A stretch of 64,000 nt of DNA from an uncultured Chloroflexia bacterium (lineage in GTDB: Bacteria > Chloroflexota > Anaerolineae > JAAYZQ01). Shown piece after piece: positions 13,441 through 24,457 of this stretch. The notes beneath the pieces were generated by a model, which did not search any database, was not told the origin of the DNA, and worked only from the letters and a program-made list of their open reading frames with translations. Position 1 is the first letter of the stretch. Every line of letters starts with the position of its first letter. The stretch spans positions 393,354 to 457,353 of the forward strand of contig CAVVMX010000021.1 in the NCBI GenBank assembly GCA_963749455.1. Reading direction: 5' to 3'. Position numbers and translations under genes: made by a program.

Positions 13441-13962
13441 ATGAACACAGTCGAGTTGACTCAGTATGCGTTGGGCAATGCCTTCGGCATCCTGGCCCAG
13501 GTTGTCGCTGATCTGACCCAGGAACAGGCCGATTGGATCCCACCAGGCTGCGCCAACCCCATCGGCGCCTCGTACTGGCATGCCGTTTCCGGCGCAGACG
13601 AAGTCATGTGCCGCTGGGTGCTGGGGCAGGAGCCGCTCCATCAGCGGGAGAGCTGGCAGGCAAAGGCGCTGACCGTCTCAGCGCCCGAACCGGAGCACGG
13701 AGGTGACTATCTGGCCTGGATGCAGACCATCCGCGTCGACCTGCCCGCGCTGCACGACTATGCCAAGGCAACCGCAGCGGCGCTAAACGGATGGCTCGGT
13801 TCATTGACGCCCGAGGATCTGGAACGCACTATCAACACCCCCATCGGCGAGTACAACGTGGCGCAGGTGATGGAAACCTTTGTCATCTGGCACCTCAACG
13901 CCCACTGCGGCGAGATCTCGGCCCTGAAGGGCTGCCAGGGTGCTAAAGGGTATCCGTTCTAG
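13441..13962 (+). CDS. DinB_2/DUF664-family metal-dependent protein
   Basis: GGGAGGGAGCAGGA RBS. 173 aa four-helix-bundle-like protein with conserved His residues (WHAVSGADE, IWHLNAHCGEI). Confidence 0.5.
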   Translation: MNTVELTQYALGNAFGILAQVVADLTQEQADWIPPGCANPIGASYWHAVSGADEVMCRWVLGQEPLHQRESWQAKALTVSAPEPEHGGDYLAWMQTIRVDLPALHDYAKATAAALNGWLGSLTPEDLERTINTPIGEYNVAQVMETFVIWHLNAHCGEISALKGCQGAKGYPF

Positions 13963-13980
13963 AGATCTGATAGCAGCGAG

Positions 13981-14010
13981 TTGACCGGCATTCTCTTCCT
14001 GTGGTATACT
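13981..14010 (+). promoter_or_regulatory. putative promoter of tRNA-Arg (TTGACC, 18 bp, TATACT)
   Basis: -35 TTGACC 13981-13986 and -10 TATACT 14005-14010. A 11-bp-stem hairpin (TAGGGAGTTCT/AGAACTCCCTA, 14029-14052) lies between it and the tRNA. Confidence 0.35.
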
Positions 14011-14077
14011 ATTGCCGGTCGTTCTGTGTAGGGAGTTCTCTAGAACTCCCTACGAGACCTGTGTGGCTAAAGCTCTA

Positions 14078-14150
14078 GCGCCTGTAGCTCAACGGACAGA
14101 GCATCGGTCTTCGGAACCGACGGTTACAGGTTCGAGTCCTGTCAGGCGCG
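14078..14150 (+). tRNA. tRNA-Arg (anticodon TCG)
   Basis: 73-nt cloverleaf folded by hand. Acceptor GCGCCTG/CAGGCGC, D arm GCTC..GAGC, anticodon arm TCGGT-CTTCGGA-ACCGA, T arm ACAGG-TTCGAGT-CCTGT, discriminator G. Confidence 0.85.
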
Positions 14151-14167
14151 CCTTTGTCTGTCTCACG

Positions 14168-14200
14168 AAGGGGTTGGCGTCGAGCCAACCCCTTTCTGTT
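14168..14200. terminator. bidirectional rho-independent terminator
   Basis: AAGGGGTTGGC-gtcga-GCCAACCCCTT stem-loop followed by TCTGTTT. Lies between the convergent tRNA-Arg and the exonuclease gene. Confidence 0.5.
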
Positions 14201-15037
14201 TACCCATCCGCCGTCATCTCTATGATCCGGTCCAGGCGGAACGTGCGCTGCTCTCCCTTCAGATAACAGAAGGCGACCATGTACTGGTACCCCCGATCCT
14301 CCCGGACGCGCAGCGGCTGGATGGTGCGGCATGTCTCCTGGCCGGCGGCGTTCACGTACCGCATCCGCACCCGTCCGCCGCTGTCCAGCGCTTCAGCAAT
14401 CGTCGGCGGCAGCGGCACGGCCTGTGCGTGGGGATATGCGATCGGTCCACCCTGGAAGGCAACCAGCTCACCCAGGGTCGCGGCGCCCCAGCGGTTCTCT
14501 ATGTCGTGCAGGATCTGGTCCAGGACCTGGCGGGTCGTATCCACGTCGCCCATTGCCCGGTGGGCCGTGCCGGTATCTATCTCCATCGCTGCGGCAACCG
14601 CCGGCAGGCTGTTGCTGGCAAAATGGTACAACCGGCGAACCAGGGCCAGCGTGTCCACGATCACCCCTTCGGGCGGGGGCAGCCCGGCAATCTCCAGCTC
14701 TGCGGCCAGAAAGCCCAGGTCAAAGGGCGCATTGTGCGCAACGATCGCCGCGCCCGACATCAGGGCCAGCAAGGGAGCAGCGATCTCCTCGAAAGCCGGC
14801 GCGCCGGCCAGCATCTCCCGGCGTGATGTGGTTGACGTGAAAGGCGCCTGCCGAGACGTGCCGTCTGGGATCGACCAGCGATTCGAAGCGAGCGATCTCT
14901 TCGCCGTTCCGAACCCGCACGCAGGCCACCTCGCACACCCGATGGCCGTAAGCCGGGTTCAGGCCGGTCGTCTCCACGTCAAAGACGGCAAAGGCCGTCT
15001 CGCTCAGGGGCTGATCCAGTTCGTCCATCGCGGCCAT
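14200..15037 (-). CDS. DEDDh 3'-5' exonuclease (DnaQ/PolIII-epsilon-like) with C-terminal WYL-like domain; one frameshift near 14770
   Basis: Exo I FAVFDVETTGL, Exo II IVAHNAPFDLGFL, Exo III HRAMGDVDTT. C-terminal ~70 aa ...GRVRMRYVNAAGQETCRTIQPLRVREDRGYQYMVAFCYLKGEQRTFRLDRI carries the RxFRLDRI signature of WYL domains. ORFs 14720..15064 and 14200..14814 are colinear. Confidence 0.55.
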
Positions 15038-15378
15038 TCTATCCCAGCTTGGAGTGGCTGTCAACCACGGTCAGTCAGGGGGCATGCTGAGCGCCTTGAA
15101 TTCGCAACCGGCGTCCTGCCCGGCGGTCCGCCACAAACACTGCCATGTCTGAAACCTGGTACCCATTACACGAATATTCACCCTGCGTCGGTTTGTATCT
15201 ATTCATTACATGTGCTATACTTTGAGACGAGGCGCTGCAGAGCATTCACAGTAACTTGTACACTGTGGTGTATGGGGGCAGTCCTGGGGCGGCAGGGGGG
15301 TGCCGAGCCTACAAGGCGACCGGTCTGCGTTTGACCGTACAGCCATTTGGCGGTAGAATACGGGCCGGGGAGGGAGCG

Positions 15379-16149
15379 ATGACACTGCAGGCGACGACGC
15401 GATCTCTGGTCGAGATCAAGGCCTACCTGGACGATCTGCTGCAGGTAGCAGGTCTGGACGAAAGCGGCAACGGCCTGGTGATCGGCGGCCGGCCCACTGT
15501 GGCCAAGGTAGGCCTGGCCGTCAACTGCTCCTTCCAGGCCATCGACCGGGCGGCAGCCCGGGGCTGCGATCTGCTGATCACCCACCATGCCGCCTGGCCT
15601 GGCACCGATGCCCACCTGGCCCCGCAAAAGTACGATCGCCTGCGCCAGCAGGGCATCAACCTGTATGTAGCCCACGATTGCCTGGACCAGGCTCGCGACC
15701 TTGGGACGAGCGATGCGTTGGCCCGAGTGGTGCGCGTGGCGATCCAGGCGGCGTTCAAGCCCGACGACGAGTCCGAGTTCGGCGTGCACGGCATGACGGT
15801 CGGCAATCTGTCCGAGTTTGTGGTGCGGGTGGGCAACCAGCTGGGCGCCGAGCCGCGTGTCTGGAAGAACAGCGACAGCTTTGGCCACGTGGGCATCATC
15901 GCCGGCTGGGGTGGCCGGCCCGAGTGGATGGCCCGCGCCCAGTCGCTGGGCTGCGATACCTTCCTGACCGGCGAGGCTGACATGTTTGGCATCCTCTTCG
16001 CCCGCGAGGCAGGGCTCAACCTGGTGGTCGCCGGTCACTATGCCACCGAGACCCCCGGCGTCATGGCCCTCAGCGCCCGTCTCGCTCGCGATCTGCAGCT
16101 CGACGTGACCTTCATCCCTGAAGACATCGTCGAGGATCTCGGGAGATGA
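15379..16149 (+). CDS. NIF3/YqfO-family dinuclear-metal protein (GTP cyclohydrolase 1 type 2 homolog)
   Basis: NIF3 blocks (GCDLLITHHAAW, GINLYVAHDCLD, VVAGHYATE). Confidence 0.7.
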   Translation: MTLQATTRSLVEIKAYLDDLLQVAGLDESGNGLVIGGRPTVAKVGLAVNCSFQAIDRAAARGCDLLITHHAAWPGTDAHLAPQKYDRLRQQGINLYVAHDCLDQARDLGTSDALARVVRVAIQAAFKPDDESEFGVHGMTVGNLSEFVVRVGNQLGAEPRVWKNSDSFGHVGIIAGWGGRPEWMARAQSLGCDTFLTGEADMFGILFAREAGLNLVVAGHYATETPGVMALSARLARDLQLDVTFIPEDIVEDLGR

Positions 16150-16200
16150 GCGAACCGTGATCTGGGACCTGTGATATGTCCTGCGACTCGAGCCTGAGCC

Positions 16201-17943
16201 ATGACCAACCGTGACGTAGCAGACCTGCTAAACGGCATCGGCGACATCCTGGAGATCATGGGCGAGAACCGCTTCAAGGTGATCGCCTACCGGCGCGCTG
16301 CCGAAAACATCCTGAGCCTGGGTCGCGACATCCGGGGTTACTGGCAGGCCGGCAAACTGCAGGAGATCCCAGGGGTCGGCCAGGCCATCGCCGACAAGCT
16401 CGACGAGCTGTTCAGCACCGGCCATCTGGCCTATTATGAGCGTTTGCAGGAGCAGGTGCCGTCTGGCGTCGTCTCGCTGCTGGCCATCCCGGAGGTCGGT
16501 CCCAAGACGGCCAAGCTGCTGTGGGAGCAGTTGGGCCTGCAGGGCGTGACCGAGGTCGAAGCGGCCGCCCGTGCCGGCAAGCTGCGCGACCTGCCGGGCC
16601 TGGGGGCCAGGTCCGAGTCCAAGATCCTGGCCGGCATCGAGCTGCTACACCGCCGCAGCGACCGCATTCCTCTGGGCACGGCCTGGCCGGTGGCCAATGA
16701 GCTGGTGGATGGGCTCAGGGCCACCTGCCCTGAGGTCGTGCAGGCAATGGTTGCCGGCAGCCTGCGACGGATGAGATCAACCATCGGCGACATTGACCTG
16801 CTGGCCGCCTCGGATGCGCCGGCGGCGGTCATGCGCGCTTTTGCCGCGCTGCCGCAGGTGGCCGAGGTGATGCTCAGCGGCCCGACCAAGACGACCGTTC
16901 GCCTCCACAATGGCCTGCAGGCCGACCTGCGCGTGCTGGAGCCCCGGCGTTGGGGTGCGGCCCTTCAGTACTTCACCGGCAGCCAGGCCCACAACGTCCG
17001 GATCCGCGAGATCGCCCAGAAGCAGGGCCTCAGCTTGAGCGAGTATGGCTTCAAGCAGCAGGACGGCGGAGAGATCTTGACCCCGGAAGAGTCTGAGGTG
17101 TATGAGAACGCTGGGCCTGCCCTGGATCGCACCCGAGCTGCGCGAGGACCGGGGCGAGATCCAGGCCGCACAGACGGGACGCCTGCCCGATCTGGTGGAC
17201 TGGGAGCAGATCCAGGGCGATCTGCACGCCCACACCAACTGGAGCGACGGCGTCGGCAGCCTGGCCGAGATGGCCGAGCGCGGCGCGGGCGCGGGGCTAC
17301 CGCTACCTGGTCATCTCTGATCACACCCACAGCCTGGGAATCGCCAAAGGACTGACCGCCGAGCGGCTGCAGGCGCAGCGGGTGGAGATCGACGACCTGA
17401 ATGCGACCTGGGACGACTTCAGGCTGCTCCAGGGCTGCGAGCTGGAGATCAAGGCCGACGGCTCGCTCGATTTTCCCGACGAGGTGCTGGCCGGCTCGAT
17501 CTGGTTGTCGCGTCGGTGCATACCTCGCTGCGCCAGGATCCGGCAGCAGATGACGCAGCGGGTGCTGGGCGTCCTGCGCAACCCCTACATCGACGTCGAT
17601 CGGCCACCCGTCTGGGCGCATCCTGGGCCAGCGTGACGAGAGCACCGTGGACCTGGATGCCGTGATCCGCACTGCTGCCGAGACCGGAACGGCCCTGGAG
17701 GTCAACAGCCACCCCTCCCGGCTCGACCTGGACGACGTGCACATCCGGCAGGCTGTCGAACAGGGTGTCCCGATCGCGATCAACAGCGATGCCCACCATC
17801 CCGACGGGCTCGACGTCCTGTTTTTCGGCCTGGCGACGGCCCGGCGCGGCTGGGCCAGGGCCACTGACGTGCTCAACTGCATGACACTGGATGAACTGCA
17901 AGCCTGGCGACAGGCTCGAATCAAGAGACGATCAAGAAACTAA
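16201..17943 (+). CDS. polX: DNA polymerase/3'-5' exonuclease PolX (Pol-beta-like core + PHP domain); at least 3 frameshifts
   Basis: N-terminal lyase/HhH domains ([34 protein letters not shown]..., IPGVG, EVGPKTA). Palm ([18 protein letters not shown]). PHP domain ([11 protein letters not shown], ...[11 protein letters not shown]) in shifted frames. Confidence 0.75.
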
Positions 17944-17965
17944 CTCGCAAAGGAGGAAAGTCATC

Positions 17966-18540
17966 ATGACGCAATATGATGCCGGCCCAGGGGAGAGGAG
18001 CGATCGCGAGTGGGAATCGCCCGATCGGAAACCGGTGCGCCATGCCAGACGCCGGGGACCGATCCTGCCTGGATGGGCCCTGCTGGCTATCGTCGTCGGG
18101 GTCGTGATCCTGCTGTGCGTGGGATTGGTGCTGCTGGTCAAGGCCATCCAGGGTGGGGGAGCGGATGAGACCCCGACCCCGTGGCAACGGCCACCCGTCA
18201 GCTCGTGCCCACCGCCACCTTGACGCCGTCCGTGCTGCTGATCCAGACTGCCACGCCGACGGTGGTGCTGCCTATCAGCTCCACGGCCCAACCAACTCCA
18301 TTCACCGAGATCGCGTCCGGTGCCACAGTGATCGTCGAGGGTACCGGGCGCAGGCCTGAACCTGCGCGCTCGAGCCCACCACCGGGGCAGCCATCGTGAT
18401 CACCGTCAAAGAGGGCAACTCCCTGTCGTGGTGGAGGGTCCCCAGGAGGCCGACGGCCTTGTCTGGTGGAAATTGCGCACGCCGGAAGGCAAAGAAGGCT
18501 GGGGTGCGGCCAAGTACCTGGTGCTGAAAACGAATCCATG
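17966..18540 (+). CDS. membrane-anchored protein with Thr/Pro-rich linker and C-terminal bacterial SH3 domain; frameshifted
   Basis: AAGGAGGA RBS. One TM helix (ILPGWALLAIVVGVVILLCVGLVLLV). PT-rich low-complexity stretch. C-terminal SH3b-like segment ...ITVKEGNSLSVVEGPQEADGLVWWKLRTPEGKEGWGAAKYLVLKTNP* in another frame. Confidence 0.4.
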
Positions 18541-18565
18541 ATCGTTAGCCGTAAGGAGACTGGCT

Positions 18566-19643
18566 ATGGACATTTACGAGCAACTGAGGGCCAAGCTGGC
18601 CGTCCATCCGATGGGCGCGCCGCCTCGAGAGTCGTTCCTGGAGATCCTGCGCATCCTTTTTACGCCTGAGGAGGCCGCCGTAGCCCTGCACTTGCCGTTC
18701 AAGCCAGGCCGTGACACCGAGATAGCCCAGAAGGCGGGCTTGCCGCTGGAGGAGCTGATAGCCCATTGTGAAGCGATGGCCGACAAGGGGCTGGTCTATG
18801 CCTACGAGTCCAAGGGCCGTCACTTTTACATGCTCTTTCCCACGGCGCCGGGCCTGTTCGAGTTCCCGCTGATGAAGCATGGCCGCCTGGACCTGCCTTT
18901 CGAGCGGCTGAGCGAGCTGTGGCACGACTACTACCAGGACGGCTGGGGTGCAGAGATGACCGGCAGTGCGACCCACATGGCCCGGGTCATCCCTGTCCAG
19001 GAAACGGTCGACGCCCAGCAGACGGTGCTGGTCTACGAGCAGGTGGTCGGCTACATCGACAAGGCCAAGTACATCTCGGTCCAGGACTGCCCCTGCCGCG
19101 TGTCCAAGCACTCCTGCGACGCGCCGATCGACGTGTGCCTGGCCCTGGACTATGGCGCCAAGTTCCTGGCCGAGCGGGGGATGGGCCGGCTCATCGGCCG
19201 CGACGAGGCGCTGTCCGTGCTGGAGCGGGCGCGCCAGGCCGGCCTGGTGCACATGACCTCCAACACGCTGGACAAGGTCGAGTTCATCTGCAACTGCTGT
19301 CCGTGCTGCTGCGGGCTGCTGGGCACCGTCACCCGGCTGGGAGCGGCCTCGGCCAAGATCGCCTCGAACTTTTACGCCATGGTCAGCGCCGACGACTGCC
19401 TGGCCTGCGGCCTGTGCGAGGACGCCTGCCCGGTGGAGGCCATCGCCGTGGAGGACGTGGCGGTGGTCGACCGGGAGCGATGCATCGGCTGCGGCGTGTG
19501 CGTCACCCGCTGTGAGAGCGGAGCACTGGCCCTGGTTCGCCGGGAGACGACCCACGAGCCGCCGAAAGACTATGCGACCTGGCTCGTCCAGGTGGCGCTT
19601 GGAGAAGGACCGTCTGGAGGCGCTCGCGGCGCAGATGCAATAG
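18566..19643 (+). CDS. iron-sulfur protein: unknown N-terminal domain + Cys-rich CCxCCC segment + 2x[4Fe-4S] ferredoxin domain; C-terminal frameshift
   Basis: AAGGAGA RBS. CPCRVSKHSCD, FICNCCPCCCGLLG, then two CxxCxxCxxxCP ferredoxin motifs (CLACGLCEDACP, CIGCGVCVTRCE). Plausible C-terminus ...LEKDRLEALAAQMQ* in a shifted frame, with stop TAG overlapping GTG 19643 of the permease. Confidence 0.5.
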
Positions 19644-21489
19644 TGCTGAACAAAACCCGCAACCTTCTAATCGGCCCTCCGCTCCCCACCCAGCAGCTCG
19701 CCGAGAAGCGGTTGAACAAGGTACGGGCTCTGGCGGCATTCTCGCCCGACGCCCTGTCGTCGATCGCCTACGCCAACCAGGAGATCTACCTGGGGCTTGG
19801 TGGTCGCCGGCGCCGCCGGCCTGTCCATGTCGCTTGCCGATTGGAGCTGGCGATCATCGGTGCTGCTGGTCGATCGTCGCTCTGTCCTACTTTCAGACGA
19901 TCCACGGCTATCCTTCAGGCGGCGGCTCCTACGTCGTGGCCCGCGAGAACCTGGGCACGCTGCCGGGCTTGATCGCCGCCGCGGCGCTGTTGATCGACTA
20001 TCTGCTGACGGCCGCCGTCAGCCTGACGGCGGGAGTGGCGGCGATTGCCTCGGCCTTTCCAGCGCTGTGGCCCCATCGCGTCGCCCTGGCGCTCGTCCTC
20101 CTGGCGATCATCACCATGGTCAATCTGCGGGGGCTGCGAGAGACAGGCACCCTGATGTCCATTCCGGTCTACCTGTTCCTGTTCACCTACCTGCCCATGC
20201 TGGTCTACGGCCTGGTGCGCGTTGTGATCGACGGCCCGGGATCCATGGCCGCTGCTGCACCGGCTGCCCGACACACCCTCTGACGGCGTTTCTGGTGCTG
20301 CAGGCTTTTTCCACTGGCTGTACGGCATTGACCGGGATCGAGGCGATCAGCAACGGCGTGCCGGCCTTTCAGCCGCCCGAGGCCAGGAATGCCGGGCGGA
20401 CGCTGATGGTCATGGCCGTGCTGATGGGTGTGCTGTTCGTGGGCAGCATCGGCCTGACGCAGGTCCTGGCCGTGGTCGCCGGGCCGCAGGAGACGATCCT
20501 GTCGGCGCTGGCGCGGCGGCTGCTGGGCAGTGGGCCGGCCTACGTGCTGATCCAGGCCAGCACGATGCTGATCCTGGCCGTAGCGGCCAACACCAGCTTT
20601 GCCGGCTTTCCGCGCCTGGCAGCTCTCCTGGCCGCCGACGGCTTTTTGCCGCGCCAGTTGACCGGTCTGGGGGATCGGCTGGTGTTTACCAACGGCATCT
20701 TGCTCCTGTCGGTTGCTACTGGCGGACTGATCGTCGTCTTTGGCGGCGATACCCACTCGCTGATCCCCCTGTTCGCCGTCGGGGTATTCCTGGCTTTTAC
20801 CCTGTCGCAGGCCGGCATGGTCATCCACTGGCGGCGTGACGGGGGAAAGGGATGGGAGCTGAAAGCATGCTATCAACGGCGTCGGAGCAGTGGCAACGGC
20901 GGCAACCTTGCTGGTCGTCGGCATCAGCAAGTTCGTCGAGGGAGCCTGGATCACCGTTTTGCTGATCCCGGCCTTGGTGCTTGGGTTCCTGCGGATCCGA
21001 GCCCATTACCGGACGGTGTCCGAGCAACTGTCGCTGCGCGGGCTGCCCCCATCGCTCAAGCCGTTCCCACCCATGCGGGTGGTCGTCCCCATCTCCGGGG
21101 TGCACCGGGGGATGATGGACGCCGTGGCCTACGCCTGTTCGATCTCCAAGGACGTGACGGCGGCGTACGTGGAGCTGGAGCCGGGCGCGGGGGAGCGCGT
21201 CCGCAAAGAGTGGGAATGCTGGTGGCCCGACGTGTCGCTGGTGGTCCTGCCCTCGCCTTACCGCTCCGTTGTCAGACCGTTGCTCGACTTTTTGGACCAG
21301 ACTGACCGGGAGCACAACGACGGCCAGCTTGCGGCGGTGGTGCTGCCCGAGTTCGTGCCGGCCAGGTGGTGGCAGAACATCTTTCACAACCAGACCGCTC
21401 AGCTGCTCAAGAGCGCGCTGCTCTATCGCCGCCGGCAGTTTGGTTTTCAGCGCGTGATCATCGACGTTCCATATCATCTCAAGCAGTAG
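19643..21489 (+). CDS. APC-superfamily amino-acid/polyamine-type permease with cytoplasmic C-terminal domain; several frameshifts
   Basis: N-terminus LLIGPPLPTQQLAEKRLNKVRALAAFSPDALSSIAYANQEIY typical of this permease family. 12 TM segments spread over ORFs 18566..19972 (tail), 19834..20283, 19797..21305 and 20890..21489. Confidence 0.55.
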
Positions 21490-21493
21490 TGAG

Positions 21494-21527
21494 AAAAAAA
21501 GCCCTCTCGATGTGAGAGGGCTTTTTG
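21494..21527. terminator. bidirectional rho-independent terminator
   Basis: AAAAAAA-GCCCTCTC-gatgt-GAGAGGGC-TTTTTG between convergent genes. Confidence 0.5.
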
Positions 21528-21543
21528 TTTGTGCGAAGAAGCG

Positions 21544-23011
21544 CTAGGGCGCGTACCGGAACGGATGCCGGGCCGCTTCCTTCTCTGCTATCAGCTCCTG
21601 GAGCGTGGGCCGTCCCTCCAGCGCCTTGCGGATCGCAGCCCGCATCGCCTTGTAGTTGTTGATCTTGACCCGCTGGCGGATGCTGGCCGCCGGGTGGACA
21701 AAGACGTTGGCGATGAGGCAGACGTCGTCCAGGATCGCCTCCGGCAGGTTGTGGTGGGCGATGGCATGCTCCAGGGCCAGCTTGACACCGCTGGCCGCCT
21801 CCTCGTAGACCAACTGCCGGGCCTTGGCCCCGCGCACGGTCACGGTGGGAACCAGCAGGGTTAGCGGCCGGTCGCTGAGGATCGGCCAGCTCATGGCCGG
21901 GGCGCGGCTCGTTCCGGGCCCGCGCGATGGCCTTGCCGACCGGACCGTCCTTCTTGCCCAGCAGCAGGTCGATGTGGGCGATCTCGGAAAAGGGCGGGCC
22001 GGCAAACCCCTCGCCCACACACAGGGTCAGGTCCTCGAAATGGGGCGGCACGTCGGCCGGCAGGGCATACTCGACCTCTTTGCCACCCAGGACCACGGTC
22101 TGGGTGCCGATCTTGCCCAGGTTCTCCAGCTGGGTGCGCAGGTCCTCATAGTCCTCGCGCTCGAACTCGCCGCCCTGGATCATCGGCAGGCGGACGTTGC
22201 TCATCTGCGGCAGTCCGATCATCCGCAGCCCTTCCTTCACCGCCTGAGGACTGCCTTTGCGCGTCACGATCCGGGCCAGGATCTGGATCTCCTTGTGGCG
22301 CTGCCGGACAAACTCGACGTCGCCGCGCTGGGCGGCCTGGTAGATCTCCTGCCAGATGTCGGGGATCAGGTTGGCCGAGGCCAGGATCGCACCGTCGGCG
22401 CCGGCCAGCAGCGCCGGGCCGGCGATCTCGTCGTGCCCGACGAACAGGCCGATCGTGCCGCGCAGCTTTTCCAGCGCGGCCATGAAGAAGGGCATATCGC
22501 CCGACGAGTCCTTCATGCCGATCACATGGTCGAAGGCCAGTCCCATCCCCTCGGCCGTCCACCACTGAAAGTGGGTGCCGGCGCACTGGGGGATGTTGTA
22601 CAGCACCATCGGCAGCTCGACCTTGTCCACCTCTTTGTAATGGTCGAACACCTCGTTGAAGGCAGGCTTTGAGATAGTAGGGCGCTACCACCAGGGCGCC
22701 GGTCACGCCGGCGTCCTTGGCCCAGCTGGTCAGCTCGACCGTCTCGCGCGTGCTCTGGCAGCCGGTGCCGGCCAGCACCGGTACCCGGCCGCCGACCTCG
22801 TCCAGGCAGACCTCGATGGTCCGCTTCTTTTCGTCGAGCGTCATGGAGCTGAACTCGCCGGTCGTGCCGCACGGCACAACGCCGTTCGACGTGGGGCAGC
22901 ACAAAGCGGATCAGCGCCCGGTAGGCTGCCTCGTCCAGCCGGTCGTCGGGGGTAAACGGCGTGACCAACGCCGGGAAGATGCCTTTGAACCAGTCTAGTT
23001 TTCTTGCTCAT
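21544..23011 (-). CDS. fusion protein: DapA/DHDPS-family class I aldolase-like domain + C-terminal formaldehyde-activating enzyme (Fae)-like domain; copy 1, about 3 frameshifts
   Basis: ATG 23011 (MSKK) five nt after the stop of copy 2. A poly-A indel at ~22990-23000 restores ...KLDWFKGIFPALVTPFTPDDRLDEAAYRALIRF (DapA N-terminus). GVVPCGTTGEF and lysine-bearing KDSSG motif. C-terminal VGEGFAGPPFSEIAHIDLLLGKKDGPVGKA ... NNYKAMRAAIRKAL ... EAARHPFRYAP* aligns with Fae (AHIDLIIG, YNYEATKLSIQRAV, THPF). DapA C-terminus and Fae N-terminus are in one frame (ORF 21479..22651), so the fusion is genuine. Confidence 0.6.
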
Positions 23012-23016
23012 GGGTT

Positions 23017-24442
23017 CTACGCTCCAAATGCGGCGTCGATCGCCGCGCAGGTCGCCGCGTAGGCGTTGTGGTGCAGCAGCCGGCGGTCGAGCGCCTGGGG
23101 ATGGACCGCTGCCTGGACCAGGATCACGTCGGTGTGCATGGCTGTTTCAGGGATGACCTCGGCGGCCAGCTTGTCGACGATGGCCTTGGCGACAGCGTTC
23201 TGCACCGGGCCGTAGATCATGTTCGCCTGCCGCAGGTCCTTCAGCTCGTTCGTCGGCACGATCAGCGTGCTGGGCCGGACGGTCAGATTCGGCTCCAGGA
23301 TCGCGCTCAGCGCCTCGTAGCCGTGACGGGGGTAGGTGAGCTGGTAGGCCCATGCCTCGCCCAGCGGCCCATCCTTGGCACCGCACAGCAGGTCGATCTG
23401 GATCGCCTCGACCGCTTCGCCGGCAGCGCCGGTGCCGATCCGCATGCCGTGGGACTGGATCGTGTTGGCGGTCACGCCCACCGCCTCAAATCGTCCGACC
23501 AGCGGTCCACCTGGCACATGGTGCTCGGCGCTTGGGGCTGGGATCTTGCCCAACCGCTCCAGCTCTAGCTGGATTTCGGCCCGGTCCTCGTGCATCAGTG
23601 CCCCGCCGACGCTCTTGAGCGGGCTGCGCGGCTGGCCGGCATCGACGCCCATCATCTTGAGCGCCTGCTTGACGGCCACCCCGCCGCCGTAGCGGCAAAA
23701 GATGCGCGACAGCTTTTGCACCTTGCGCTGCAGCGCGCGGGCCGTCTCCAGGTCGCCGCGCCGCACGGCTTGCAGGATCGCCTGCCACACCTCTGGGTAG
23801 ACCTGGGCCGAGGCCAGGATCATGCCGCTGGCGCCGCCGGCCAGGGCGTTGAGCACCACCTCGTCGTGGCCGATCAGGACGTTGATCCGGTCGCCGGCAT
23901 ATTCCAGGATCTCCATGGTGTAGGTCAGGTTGCCGGACGAGTCCTTGAGGCCGACGATGTTGGGAATGTCGGCCAGGTCCTCGACGACGCGGCGGGGCAG
24001 GTAGGCATCGACCACCTGGGGGATGTTGTACAGGATGATCGGCAGGTCGGGCAGGGCTTTGGCGATCTCGTAGAAGTGCTGGTAGATCCCCTTGTCGGAC
24101 GGATGAAGGAAGATAGGGAGTGACGACCAGGCAGGCGGTTGCACCGGCTTCCTGGGCGGCGCGGCTGAGGTCGATGGCCAGCTTGGTGCCGGCTGCGCCG
24201 GTGCCGGCGATGACCGGCTTGCCGTGGGCTTCTTCGACGGCGATCTGCACCAGCCGCTTGCTTTCCTCGGGGGTGAGATAGTTGAACTCGCCGGTGGTGC
24301 CGCACGGCACCAGGCCGTCGACATGGTCGATGACGTGCCGGATCAGGCGGCGGAAGGCCGCCTCGTCCACCGATTCGTCTTTGGCAAAGGGCGTGACCAG
24401 GGCGGGGTTGACCCCACCCGGTCGGAACGGTTTGTCAGTCAT
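23017..24442 (-). CDS. fusion protein: DapA/DHDPS-family aldolase-like domain + C-terminal Fae-like domain; copy 2, one frameshift
   Basis: GGAGAG RBS. MTDKPFRPGGVNPALVTPFAKDESVDEAAFRRLIRHV..., GLVPCGTTGEF, GLKDSSGNLTY. The 435-aa ORF 23017..24324 carries the DapA C-terminal half and a complete Fae-like domain (EAVEAIQIDLLCGAKDGPLGEA...) in one frame. Confidence 0.65.
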
Positions 24443-24457
24443 GGGTTTTCTCTCCGT

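Noticed and set aside
13962-15064. Integrated mobile element at tRNA-Arg(TCG)
   Set aside because: No integrase or recombinase, no direct repeat of the tRNA 3' end downstream. The flanking genes are housekeeping/repair functions sharing a terminator with the tRNA.
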